This document shows, in pieces, positions 19,175-32,256 of a stretch of 64,000 nt of DNA. The position numbers and the translations under genes are program-made. Source of the stretch: Macrostomum lignano (taxonomy: Eukaryota); the NCBI GenBank assembly GCA_002269645.1, contig NIVC01003313.1, forward strand, positions 40,496-104,495, in the 5' to 3' direction. The notes under the pieces are model-generated. The model had not been told where the DNA came from. It saw nothing but the letters and a program-made list of their open reading frames with translations, and did not search any database. Position 1 is the first letter of the stretch, and the number at the start of each line of letters is the position of its first letter.

Positions 19175-20160
19175 AATGATTGCTTGGTTCGAGTCGAAGT
19201 CTACTTGTCAGCAGATTAAGAGCTGAAGAGGAAAAGTTCCACCTTCAAATCGGCTCCTATTTATAGAGAATCTCGCGGCTATGCCGTCAAGCAAATCTAG
19301 GGTAGCAACGTAGAGATGTCGTAGCGGCAACGTTGGTCCTACGTCGGCTATACGTCGATTTTCAGTTGCACGCGGCTTAATACAAGGTAGTGTTCAGTAA
19401 CGAGACAGGCGGTAATCTGTGTGGACACACGCGACCTCAACGAAACGCTTACGTAGCGACTACGTATTTGAGAGAGGCAAGGGTAGAGCGGGAGGACGGG
19501 GTTTGCCGTACAGTTCAACCCCCACCCTCCATTGTATGTACACTTGAGGCTAGACCGTACAGGCCGTGCCCGCGAACCCCCCCCCCTATTCAAGTCTTTT
19601 CTCTCCCCCGTCAAGCATTTCTTGGGCCACGGAGTGCTATTTTTATCTGCATGAGGTCTGTACTGCGACTGTACAGTCAGGAGTCTCCCTGCCTGCTGTG
19701 TTTAGTCAGTGTGAAATTCCCTCTTAGTCGTATCTCTTCGACTATTATTTACAATTATTGCTGATAAAGCGTCACCCTGTCGCTTAAAAATCCGTCAATT
19801 AATTAAGTTAATTAAGACGAAAACAAAAATACAAAGTTCAAGGAATATGCTTATGTTTAAGGAGTAAATCGCGCCAGGACGATCACTAAAAATGGGGCGA
19901 ATTGTCACGTTATATATTTCGAGCTATAATTAAAAGACATGAACGTGTTAAAAGTTCGTGTTAAACTGATGTACCAAGAAAGTTAAATTCTCAAAGTGAG
20001 AAAACTGCTTTTGAGTTGACTAATTGCCATAGAAGTTCAATTGTCAGAATATTTCCTTGCAGATTCTCGTCCCAAAACTACGGATCTCTTCATACACTGC
20101 ATCGGTGCACAGCTGCAGGTTGTCTGGCATCAGCGAGGGCTCCCCAGTAGGAAACGCAGC

Positions 20161-22034
20161 ATGTCTGAACGCGGTTCGGAGACTGGCGCCTCACCGGCCT
20201 GTCAGTCTCAGCCGCCAAAAACAGCGGCCAGTGGGACCGACCGGACAAAGACCCTGCTGCGGGTGACGTCTTTGTCGAAGAGAGGCAGCGGCGCCGGCGG
20301 CGGCAGCGCAGTCGGGTCAAGTCGGCACCGGGGCTCCCTGCTAAAGCGTCGAGCTGCTGCGGCCGCCACGAAGTCAATCGGACAGATTGAGCCGTCGAAG
20401 CAGCAGCAGCTGCAATGCCAGCAGAAGGATCAACAATGCTTTCTTGAGTCCGAGAACTCGGAATTTGACTTTCAGCAGGAGCCAGACGAGGACTTGTTCT
20501 GTGCAGAGGAGCCGCAGCACCAGCAGCTGCAGAATTCGCTCTCCTGCGGCGGCACCGCCCTCACATCCGCATCCGGGCCGGGTCTCCAGCTGTTCGGAGG
20601 CGGTGGCGGAAGTCACCTGCAGTCGGCTGGCTGCAGCGCCGCTCTCCAAGACGTCAGCGCGTCCGCCATCCTGCAGCAGCACCAGAAGCAGCAGCAGCAG
20701 CAGCAGCAGCGGGCCGAGCAGCTGGACGTCTCCATGCTGATGCACAGCGGTTTCTACGGCACTCGCGAGGAGGTCGAGCAGCTGCTGGCTCAAGCCATCC
20801 AGCTTCACTGCCGGCCCAACAGCAAACTGGGTGACGGCAACTCCAAGGCTGCCGACTGCTGGTCGAGTCTGCCGCAGCAGCACCAGCCGAGACCAGGACC
20901 GAAGACTTCGGCGGCCTCGACTGCGGGTCTGGCTGAAGACCTCCTGCAGGCCTGGAGCGGCGGCGGCGGTTCCGGCGGGAAGTCCGTCCACTTCAGCTTG
21001 GACTCGCCCAGCAACACCGCGAGCTGCCAGCAGAAGCTGCCGCCACCTGCCACCGCTGCGACCCCGCGACCAACGATGCGCAACCAGCTGCTGCTGACGG
21101 ACTTCTCAGAGGAGGAGACAGCCGCGGAGCCCGAGGCGGAGACGGCGGTGTTCCTGACTGCCAAGCCGCCCGTGCCGAAGCCTCGAACTGACCGCCGATC
21201 CGCGTCCTTGAACCGTCAGAGAGCCCAGCCCGCTCCATCTGGTAATTTTTGTCCCCAACCTGAATGCATCAGTGTTTATACTGAAGCATGTCTCTGAACA
21301 TGAAGCATGTCTCTGAACATGAAGCATGTCTCTGAACATGAAGCAGGTAAAAGTACATGATTATTGAGACGGGTCGCTGAACTGCCCCAGCAGGTGGCCA
21401 GCAGGTGAAGCTCCGCAATTGCAACGCAGCCCTCGGTCAGCCACCCGGATCCGCCTCCCGCCCGCCTCAGCCGCCGCTAACGCAGCCGCGTTTGCCCGTC
21501 CCGACACCGACGCCCCGACAGCGCCGAATGGGGGGCCCGGAACCGGCCGCCGACTCGACGCTTTGCTGTCTGCCTCCGCCGCAGCCACCGCCAGCGCCGC
21601 CTCCGCAACCGCCGGTGCCTCGGCAGCGCCGTCGACAATCCATCAACTCGCTGCAGGGAATTCGCCAGCCAGTCAGCGAGTCCAGTAGCGCCCTGTCTGC
21701 CTGCTTGTCATCCACTCAGTCTGCAGAATCGGACAAGGTCGGCCACATCGACGAGGACAACGCCACGGTGCAGCCGGAGTTCGTGCACGAGGCTCTTGGG
21801 CAGCTGCTGCAGACCCGACTGCGGGTCACTCAGAGCTTCGGGGGCGGCACCGCAGCAGCGGACGCTGAGATTCTCCGCTTCGACCTTGCCAACGCCTTGA
21901 CAACCGCCCGACGACCGCTGGAAACAACAGCGCTGTCGGCTGGACCGAGCCGAACTGGACCTTCGGGCAGCTCGCCAGGCTGCGGTGGCAACAAGAGACC
22001 GACTGCAGCTAGCTCCATCAATGCTGGCAGGTGA
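20161..22034 (+). CDS. Uncharacterised Q/A/P/S-rich protein; exons about 20161-21241 and 21391-22034
   Basis: Two long GC-rich ORFs are joined in frame by a phase-1 intron (G|GTAATT...CCCCAG|CAG, a NAGNAG acceptor) that contains a 19-bp tandem repeat. No domain recognised; an upstream exon is possible (acceptor near 20060). Confidence 0.65.
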
Positions 22035-22449
22035 TCTCAGACCACACCGCATGGTGAACATCAGACAGCGCCGAGAAATTCCACTACCTTGAGCCGGTCA
22101 AATAAGTTTATTTTTTGTATAAATTTAAGTCACTTTTCGACGGCCTCATTTCTATTCTTCAAGGTTTATAGAGACATAAAAAAATAATTTGTTACGCAAA
22201 GCTCTCGTACTCTCATTTGAACTGAATGCAGGACTACAACTATTTGTATACATGGTTGAACCGACTCACCAGTCAGATATCCTTATGTGTACGCGTATGG
22301 CGGTAAATACTAAATGTTTAGATTATAATTTTTATTAATTAAGCATCACCATAGCCGCAAGATGCAGCTCAAAATATAGCTAACTCATTTTGTATTGTCT
22401 TCTAGAGGACTGAAAGAAACTTTCTTTGTTGCTTTAACGGACACTAAGA

Positions 22450-22940
<491 letters not shown>

Positions 22941-23781
22941 CTAATGGCAGTGTAATATCCCATAATTTAACTGCCCACAAGTTACTACTTACTTGGTAGT
23001 AGCCACTAGTGAAGTGCAGATTTATCATTTTACAACCTATGAAACGTAAGCAACGCTTTACTTAAACATACAAGCTTTAGATTACCTACCTACACCTGCA
23101 GCCCTACGATATCAATAAATCATTGAACCGATCCTGCGTCACACACTTGACCGCAGGCAGGCAGCCGGGCAGTCTTTATCTCGCTAAGGATTCAAATAAA
23201 AACGTTAGTGTACCAAAAAAGCCTGCAAAGCAGGGTCGCGATGCCAAAACCAGGGCATGCAGGGCCAGTTCGTGCTGTTCGTGTTTGGTAGTTGTTGGAT
23301 GAAAAAAAAATTCTGTCTTTTCGAGAATGCTGTTACAAAACTCATAAAACGGAGTTTATCGATACCTGTTTACTTTTTCGCTAGTTGCAGTCGGATCTTT
23401 ACTCAGGAAGTTACATTTGTGACTCTGACGCATCACGTCTATAAAATCCAGATATGAAAAAGTGCAATGTGAAATTTTCGGATTCCAAGCATTCGTTTTT
23501 TATCAAATAGTGCGTAGCTAGCGAGGCTAAATATGCGTGAACTGTCATAATTGCATCTGGTACTGGCTCTTGCTTTAACCTTTCTGCATGCAAAAGAGGC
23601 CTAACTAAATCACCCTTCTGTAACTATTAATAATTGAAATTTGGGAGAACTTCCCGACGGGGTGGAGCCACGGAGTACTCGTATTTGTATACTCAAACAA
23701 CACCAAACAATCCCAAACAACCACAAATAACCTCAAAAAACCGCAAACAACTCAAAGAATCCAACCCCAAAAAACCCCAAA

Positions 23782-24720
23782 CAAGGATCCAGCCCCAAAC
23801 AACTTCAAGAATCCAGCCCCAAACAACTTCAAGAATCCAGCCCCAAACAACTTCAAGAATCCAGCCCCAAACAACTTCAAGAATCCAGCCCCAAACAACT
23901 TCAAGAATCCAGCCACAAACAACTTCAAGAATCCAGCCCCAAACAACTTCAAGAATCCAGCCCCAAACAACTTCAAGAATCCAGCCCCAAACAACTTCAA
24001 GAATCCAGCCCCAAACAACTTCAAGAATCCAGCCACAAACAACTTCAAGAATCCAGCCCCAAACAACTTCAAGAATCCAGCCCCAAACAACTTCAAGAAT
24101 CCAGCCCCAAACAACTTCAAGAATCCAGCCCCAAACAACTTCAAGAATCCAGCCACAAACAACTTCAAGAATCCAGCCCCAAACAACTTCAAGAATCCAG
24201 CCCCAAACAACTTCAAGAATCCAGCCCCAAACAACTTCAAGAATCCAGCCCAAACAACTTCAAGAATCCAGCCCCAAACAACTTCAAGAATCCAGCCCCA
24301 AACAACTTCAAGAATCCAGCCACAAACAACTTCAAGAATCCAGCCACAAACAACTTCAAGAATCCAGCCCCAAACAACTTCAAGAATCCAGCCCCAAACA
24401 ACTTCAAGAATCCAGCCCCAAACAACTTCAAGAATCCAGCCACAAACAACTTCAAGAATCCAGCCCCAAACAACTTCAAGAATCCAGCCCCAAACAACTT
24501 CAAGAATCCAGCCCCAAACAACTTCAAGAATCCAGCCCCAAACAACTTCAAGAATCCAGCCCCAAACAACTTCAAGAATCCAGCCCCAAACAACTTCAAG
24601 AATCCAGCCCCAAACAACTTCAAGAATCCAGCCCCAAACAACTTCAAGAATCCAGCCCCAAACAACTTCAAGAATCCAGCCCCAAACAACTTCAAGAATC
24701 CAGCCCCAAACAACCCCAAG
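23782..24720. repeat. 24-bp minisatellite
   Basis: Unit CAAGAATCCAGCCCCAAACAACTT, with a single 1-bp deletion near 24250. Confidence 0.97.
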
Positions 24721-25119
24721 GATCCAACAGCGAACTTTTGCACTAAGGGACAAGCGTTACTTTATCTCTCAAGGGCCCAGTGCAATACAAGGTTCTTTGA
24801 CTTAGCCTCTTAAGCTGGAGAGTTGATGAGAGCTTGAGCGCCTCCCTTTATCTCCCCCCCCCCGATCAAATAATTTTGGCTGCGGCCTGTCGATCTGTTA
24901 CTTTTTTCAGTGACTCATGCAGTCAGTAGTAGCTGCATGCCCCGTGATAGCTAGGGATAAGCGGAATGAACTGCAATGCCTTCCCGCTGCACCCGGACAC
25001 ATCCCCATGCAGTCAGACTGCTAGTCAACCTCTTAAAAAAGCATCAATAATTTAGGTTAGCAGAAATTCTTCACAGAAACGGGGTAAGGTGGACCCGAAG
25101 CAAGTGAAGTACATGTACA

Positions 25120-25480
25120 AAGCGACTCCTAAAAAGATTCTTCTTAAAGCGACTCCCAAAAAGATTCTCCACAAAGCGACTCCCAAAAAGATTCTCCATG
25201 AAGCGACTCCCAAAAAGATTCTCCACAAAGCGACTCCCAAAAAGATTCTCCTCAAAGCGACTCCCAAAAATATTCTCCGCAAAGCGACTACCAAAAAGAT
25301 TCTCCACAGAGCGACTCCCAAAAAGATTCTCCGCAAAGCGACTCCCAAAAAGATTCTCCTTAAAGCGACTACCAAAAAGATTCTCCACAAAGCGACTCCC
25401 AAAAAGATTCTCCTTAAAGCGACTCCCAAAAAGATTCTCCGCAAAGCGACTCCCAAAAAGATTCCCCACAAAGCGGCTCT
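25120..25480. repeat. 27-bp minisatellite
   Basis: Unit AAAGCGACTCCCAAAAAGATTCTCCAC. Confidence 0.95.
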
Positions 25481-26110
25481 GAAAAATCCCTGCAATTTCA
25501 TTACTATGTGACTCACTGTTTATTTGTTTTGCAAAAAGCGTTCGACCTGAATAAAAGTACATAACTAAAAAAACTTCCCTCACCTTGCAATCCAAACAGA
25601 AGGTGTTAGAATTGCACGAATCTTTCTGCTTTGAACTTTCCCAATTTCCCGCGTCTCTCTCAACTCATTAGAGCCACGCATCCTCATGCTGGATGGACTT
25701 AATTAACTTAGCAGCTGAGAAGTCACAAACCATTCAATCGATTTACACGAGAACTTGAGCATATTGCCAAATTTGTCTTCATGTATTCGCATATTTATGT
25801 AGATTCTTTTTGATGACGTCATTGAGAGTAACAACATTTCATTTGTGATTAACGAAAAGTTAATCCTAAGATACTCGTATATAGATTTAACAGATCGCTT
25901 GTTTCAATGGATGAAACTTGTTATCAAAGAATAAAATTGTTACATTGTAAAAGAGATACTCGCATTACAAAGATCATGTAATCATGTCCAGATTGTCGTG
26001 TCTTCACTCATAAACAAATAAAAGGTTGAGCAGAGGGCAGTCAGTTAAAGGAATTTTTATGATTGATGCATGCCACCCACTCAGTATCTCGAGCCATCCA
26101 GTGAGGTTTA

Positions 26111-26255
26111 TGACTCATCTGACTCAGTCACTAAACGAGCAGTCACTGACGGATCTGAGTCACTCAGTCATTAACTAACTGAGCAGTCACTGACGGATCT
26201 GACTCACTCAGTCACTAACTGGGCAGTCACTGACTGATCTGAGTCACTCAGTCAT
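26111..26255. repeat. ~44-bp internally palindromic repeat, short array (same family as 28675-28960)
   Basis: Unit AACTGAGCAGTCACTGACTGATCTGAGTCACTCAGTCATTAACT variants. Confidence 0.85.
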
Positions 26256-26759
26256 TTTTTTAGCAGATCTATTTAAATTTATCATATATTCATTTCAGTT
26301 TATCATAAATCTAATACAAAGTCATCTCAATTTATGACCTATTTCAATTTTATATTATTTTATGATAGCAACGGTCCAAAACTCTCCATTGTAGCACTTA
26401 ATACCATGCCGTCAATCTCAATAAACTGGAAGACGTTGCCATCTCAGCCAAGACTGTCAAGTGCATCCGTCAGCTCCCTTGTGGGTGGATCAACTAACTG
26501 AGAAGCGGGCCGTGAAGTCAAAGTTGAAACTTTTGTCAGAGCCGTTGAAAAAAAACTGAAAAAAAAGAAAAATCCTGCACAAAAAGCAACCCAGGTTTCA
26601 TTAATTAGAGTTCTATAACTGCAGGCTATGATTAAATTTGCAATTTTCTGAAGCAGGTGAACGAGAAGGTTGAGAAACTTGTTAATTAGCTTCATTTTTT
26701 TTCTTTCCCGACAGGATCGCTTGCAAAGAGCGAAGGGACATTTAAAGGGCTATTATATG

Positions 26760-27105
26760 ATAAGAGTGTGTCATTATATGGCTGTCAGAGGGTGCCATTA
26801 TATGGCTGTCAGAGGGTGCCATTATATGACTGTCAGAGGGTGTCATTATATGACTGTCAGAGGGTGCCATTATATGGCTGTCAGAGGGTGCCATTATATG
26901 ACTGTCAGAGTGTGTCATTATATGACTGTCAGAGTGTGTCATTATATGGCTGTCAGAGGGTGTCATTATATGGCTGTCAGAGGGTGTCATTATATGACTG
27001 TCAGAGGGTGTCATTGACGGTCAGAGGGTGCCATTATGTGACTGTCAGAGGGTGCCATTATATGACTGTCAGAGGGTGTCATTATATGACTGTCAGAGGG
27101 AGCCA
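26760..27105. repeat. 24-bp minisatellite
   Basis: Unit G(G/A)CTGTCAGAGGGTG(C/T)CATTATAT. Confidence 0.95.
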
Positions 27106-27479
27106 TTATAAAGCATTCAGAGGTGCCATCGTAATTATAAAATACAAAACCAACCCCCGAACAGCTTCATATTGGTTCAATTGTGCGAAAGTTCGCTCTC
27201 ATCTTTGCTGAAATTAAAGTACAAAGATTCTTAGTGGATCAAATATGAAGCCACAGGCTTAGCTAAAGAAGTCTCGAGAGAATTCATCAGCCGCGAGAGA
27301 GCATACCTACCCCACCCCCCTTCCCACAGTCAGCAGGGCCTGACTTTCCATGAGTGTCGTACAGAAGTATGAGAACATTAATTGGGCAGATTCGTATCGA
27401 AGTGCTTGAGAAAGTAGAGGAAGTTAATACGCTTTCCTCTCGTCACGGGGTTCGGAAAGATGGTTGAACATTGTAAAGA

Positions 27480-28320
27480 AACTTGAATTCATGTGTAATA
27501 TCTTATAGATACGGACATTGCGAAGGAAACTTGAACTCATTTGTAAAATATCTGATAGATATGGACATTGTAAAGAAACTTGAACTCATTTGTAAAATAT
27601 CTGATAGATATGGACATTGTAAAGAAACTTGAACTCATTTGTAAAATATCTGATAGATACGGACATTGTGAAGGGAACCTGAATTCATGTGTAAAATATC
27701 TGATAGATATGGACATTGTGAAGGGAACTTGAATTCATGTGTAAAATATCTGATAGATATGGACATTGTGAAGGGAACTTTAATTCATGTGTAAAATGTC
27801 TGATAGATATGGACATTGTGAAGGGAACTTGAATTAATGTGTAGTAAAATGTCTGATAGATATGGACATTGTGAAGGAACTTGAATTAATGTGTAAAATA
27901 TCTGATAGATATGGACATTGTAAAGAAACTTGAACTCATTTGTAAAATATCTGATAGATATGGACATTGTAAAGAAACTTGAACTCATTTGTAAAATGTC
28001 TGATGGATATGGACATTGTAAACGAACTTGAATTAATGTGTAAAATGTCTGATACTGGTAGATACGGACATTGTGCAGGGAAATTGAATTCATGTGTAAA
28101 ATGTCTGTTAGATACGGACATTGTGAAGGGAACTTGAGTTCATGTGTAAAATTTCTGATGGATATGGACATTGTGAAGGGAACTTGAATTAATGTGTAAA
28201 ATGTCTGATAGATACGGACATTGTGAAGGAACTTGAATTAATGTGTAAAATGTCTGATAGACATGGAAATTGTGAAGGGAACTTGAATTCATGTGTAAAA
28301 TGTCTGATAGATAAGGACAT
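27480..28320. repeat. ~50-bp minisatellite
   Basis: Unit GATAGATATGGACATTGTGAAGGGAACTTGAATTCATGTGTAAAATATCT. Confidence 0.95.
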
Positions 28321-28674
28321 TTTCGTATTACGAAAGTATCATCAGAGATGATGTTTCTAATATGTGCTATCCTGTCCTGAAAAAAGGTCCTGTTTATTTG
28401 AACGCCTCCGCGCCGTCTAGATAATCTCCAGAATACAGGGCGTCCGTATTGAATCCTCCTGTCTTCAATCGGAAACAGATAAAAGGTGAAGCAGTAGAAA
28501 AAATAACCTTCTGAATGATTTCTGATCTGACTCGTATGATTAACGCCTCTCTGGCGCTAAAGCTCACGTGTCTGGTTCATAGTCGGCAAGGAAAAAATGG
28601 AAGGATTAAGCAGCTATTAGCGTGCTGACTGCAATTTATAATATCTCGAATGAACCAAGCTGTGTTAATCCTCA

Positions 28675-28960
28675 TTCACTAACTGAGCAGTCACTGACTG
28701 ATCTGACTCACTCAGTCACTAACTAACTGAGCAGTCACTGACTGATCTGAGTCACTCAGTCATTAACTAACTGAGCAGTCACTGACTGATCTGAGTCACT
28801 CAGTCACTAACTAACTGAGCAGTCACTGACTGATCTGAGTCACTCAGTCATTAACTAACTGAGCAGTCACTGACTGATCTGAGTCACTCAGTCATTAACT
28901 AACTGAGCAGTCACTGACTGATCTGACTCACTCAGTCATTAACTAACTGAGCAGTCACTG
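28675..28960. repeat. 44-bp internally palindromic minisatellite
   Basis: About six tandem units, each containing TGA(G/C)TCA. Confidence 0.9.
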
Positions 28961-30774
28961 AATTTTTTAAACAGAACAGAAAGTAATAGCATTATACCGA
29001 TGCATTTAATCAGATCACTTAATGTCCCAGTGCGCACATGTGGGATATTATTCGCATCTGTTCGTGAGCAAGAATTATGCGGAGATTGACGCGAACAGAT
29101 GGTTTTATCTTTCATTTCGTATTGCCCGACTAAAGTGATCCGCGTTCTGCTATCCAATTTCACTCCCTAAGTGCATCAATGACGCCATATCTATATGCTC
29201 GCAGTTGGGCCTACAGATTTGTCACCCGCTGAGCAATGGATCGAAGAAGCATTTCGAGCAAATCCATTGCTACGAGCTAGAATAAAATTGGATTGCTTGG
29301 ATGCGTTTTGTGTTTGAGAAGAATTGTCGGAAAAATAGATGAGCGAATGAGTGATCTTGAATCATCTTGCATCCTTTGCCATGGATCCTGTATATTCTAT
29401 AACGTATATTGGGACAGATTTCTGCGAGCATGCACTCTCCTATATTATAGGAACGATAATTAATGCCAACACTCATTTCCTTGAAGTGCCCGCGCACATA
29501 CCGACTAATACCAAAAAAGTACATTTCCATACGAGCTCGTATCAAAGGATCACTAGAAGTTGTCATTGTACTCACCGATACGCTCGTATAACGATAATGT
29601 GGATATTCGGTAATCCAGAAACGTCTTAAGTCATCAGATACGTCAGAATTACGCGTGATGATGACTTAGTCAGAATTCTAACAGACTTTTGACACTTATT
29701 AATCAAAATAGATTTGCGCAAGCCGATTTTTATTTTATGCCAATACTGATATATATTTATATCTAACATATAGATAATATTTTAGATAATGTAAGCATAT
29801 AGTTTGCAGTCAGTAAAGTCCCCCGGCTCATATTTGGCTAATCTCTGTTTGCCCGTATACTCGTAAATTATAGGAATATGATATGACGGCAGGAATTTCG
29901 GGCGCTGTCTGATTCCGGTGTAAATATAGGTATAGCAATCTGAGGGCAGACGGCTTTAGTTCAGGTTGACAAATCATTGTGGAAGGAAGAGTTTCCCACT
30001 AGCAGCAGTAGGCTATGGCTGGTTTTGAGACCTGCAGTGTCTGAATTAGCGTTGCCAGCTTGCAATCAATGTATTGCTGCCATGAGACGGAGCGACACAA
30101 CAACAAACAGTTTTACTCGCATAAACAGAAATGCCAATCAATGCGCATGGATGCTTTGTAATAGTCTAGTCAACCGTGACTTTTTGTTCCAGCCCTGGCA
30201 AGCGAAGCCTCTTGTTAATTTTGAGTGCGTTTTTGACGAGCGATAATTGACTATCTCTGACACTCGTGAGCAGCTCGTCACATTCTCGCGCCACGACTCC
30301 TGATTTGATTCCGTGCGCGCTCACATTGGTTTTCGGGGATTGTGTCCGAAAATTGGCCTAGGTTGTTGTCGTATGTTTCGCACCCAAGAGGGCGGACCAC
30401 AATGGCGCAAACATCCTAACAATGGTCTCTTCATTTCGGGTTAAGTAGAGAATCGACTTGTGTTCAAGGAAATTTTTTGTGTGTATTTTTTAGAACGGAA
30501 AATATTATCAAAAAAACCACTGAGACAAAAACCAAGCGTGTGCAGAACATTTTTATCGAAAGAAAACAGCAATACACGCTGCTACTACGACTTACATGTA
30601 CGACAAAGCAAATTATATATGACTCAGGTTCTACGAGACCTCGTAATTATGGTCTTAGTTGACAAAAAATGATAACAAGCTCGAGAAATAAAAAAGACGA
30701 CGATGAGTAATGAATTAAAACAAAAAAATGTTTCGAATAAGTTCCATCCAGCGTTCAATCGTTCGTGCAAAGTC

Positions 30775-30958
30775 TCAAATCGGTGGGCAAACTTGAGGAC
30801 TTAACGTCTTCAAGCCGTCATTATCGTAGCCGCAGTCGAACCAGCAAGACAAGTGACCGTGCCGACAGTACAGCTGCTGGCGCTGGCCGGCGACGAAGCT
30901 ACGCTGATCGTCCAGACACTGCCGCGGCGGCGGCATCAGGGGCGGCACCAGCGGCGGC

Positions 30959-31000
<42 letters not shown>

Positions 31001-32256
31001 TGAATCACCTGCACGCCGCCGTATTGAACCCGACGACGGCGTTGCTGATCCTGACGATCGCAGCAGCCCCTGCAGCGTCGGAGCAGATTGCGCAGACAGC
31101 GCCGATAAGCGGCATCAGTGGCGAATAGAAACAGCGGATTAGCGGCCGAGTTGGCCAAGGCCAACGACATGAAGACCAGATAGACGTCCTTGGCGATGAG
31201 CAGAAATCGCAGGCTGGCCTCGTCTGGACTGTCGCCGCCAAAGTTCCAAGCGTCAATGACGATGTTCCACAGGTGGATAGGCGACCAGAAGCAGGCGAAG
31301 ATTACGATGAGCACAATCGATAGGCGGAAGATCCGCTGAGATCGTGCCAGGCGAGTTTTACCAATTATTTGGGGAGCCTGCGGCTGCTGCTGCCGATGCT
31401 GTTGTTGATGCTGAGGTCGGTGATACTGCAATCGATGGAGATGACGCTGCTGCAGCTGCTGCTGCCGGTTGATCTCTCGCAGGGACCGACTCGCCCGGGC
31501 CACCAGGCGGCAGACTCGCACGTAGGCAATCCCAATTACGAACAGCGGCAGTACCAACACGCCAAGTAGGATAAAAGTGGAGTACAGCAGCCTGGCGCGA
31601 GTCTCGTCCTCGGGAGTCGGCACCCTTGAGGGTAGAAGCATGGACAAAGTGACGTTCCAGCTCTCCTGGCACATGTGGCAGTTCTCTTCGTCGGTCAGAC
31701 TGAACGGGCAGGGCTCCAGACGATAGTTCATAGCGCAGGGCAGCGCGGCCATAGCTGAAAGCGTCCAGATGGCTATGAGAGCCTTGGCGCAGCTGACGCT
31801 AACGGCCGGCTGTCGGGTCCCAGACGCTCGAGCTTGAAGTACCCTGCGCACACCGAAGCTTCTGCGCCAGCTGATGGTTGTGAGGGTGAACACCGAGGCA
31901 AACATAACGGCTAGATTAGCAAAGTGGACACCGCTGCAGGTGACTCCGCCAGCGTGCCATCGGTGATCGCTAAACTGGGCACCGGTGACCGGGACCACAG
32001 CTATCGCGATGAACAGGTCGCACAGGCACAGGCTGTACAGCAGCGGGGTGACCGGATTTCGCTTCACCTGGCGGGTGGCGGTTACCGCGTAAGCCAGCAG
32101 TAGGTTAGCAACGGTTGCCGTGGCGCAGATGAGGCCCAGTATCACTAGCATCACCCGATTGAAGTGCGTGCTCTCCTTCATCATTGCGCTTTGCTGCATG
32201 TTGAGCAGCAGCTCTTCACTGATGTTTAGATTGTCGGTTTTGACTGTCGACAGCAT
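30775..32256 (-). CDS. Class A (rhodopsin-like) GPCR, peptide-receptor-like, intronless, 493 aa
   Basis: N-terminal NIS sequon and seven hydrophobic segments: TM1 (ATVANLLL), TM2 (SLCLCDL), TM3 Cys, TM4 (IWTLSAMAALP), TM5 (LPLFVIGIAY), TM6 (FACFWSP), TM7 (NSAANP). Confidence 0.9.

Noticed and set aside
23782-28960. Regular arrays resembling CRISPR
   Set aside because: Head-to-tail units with no unique spacers, no cas genes and a eukaryotic context.
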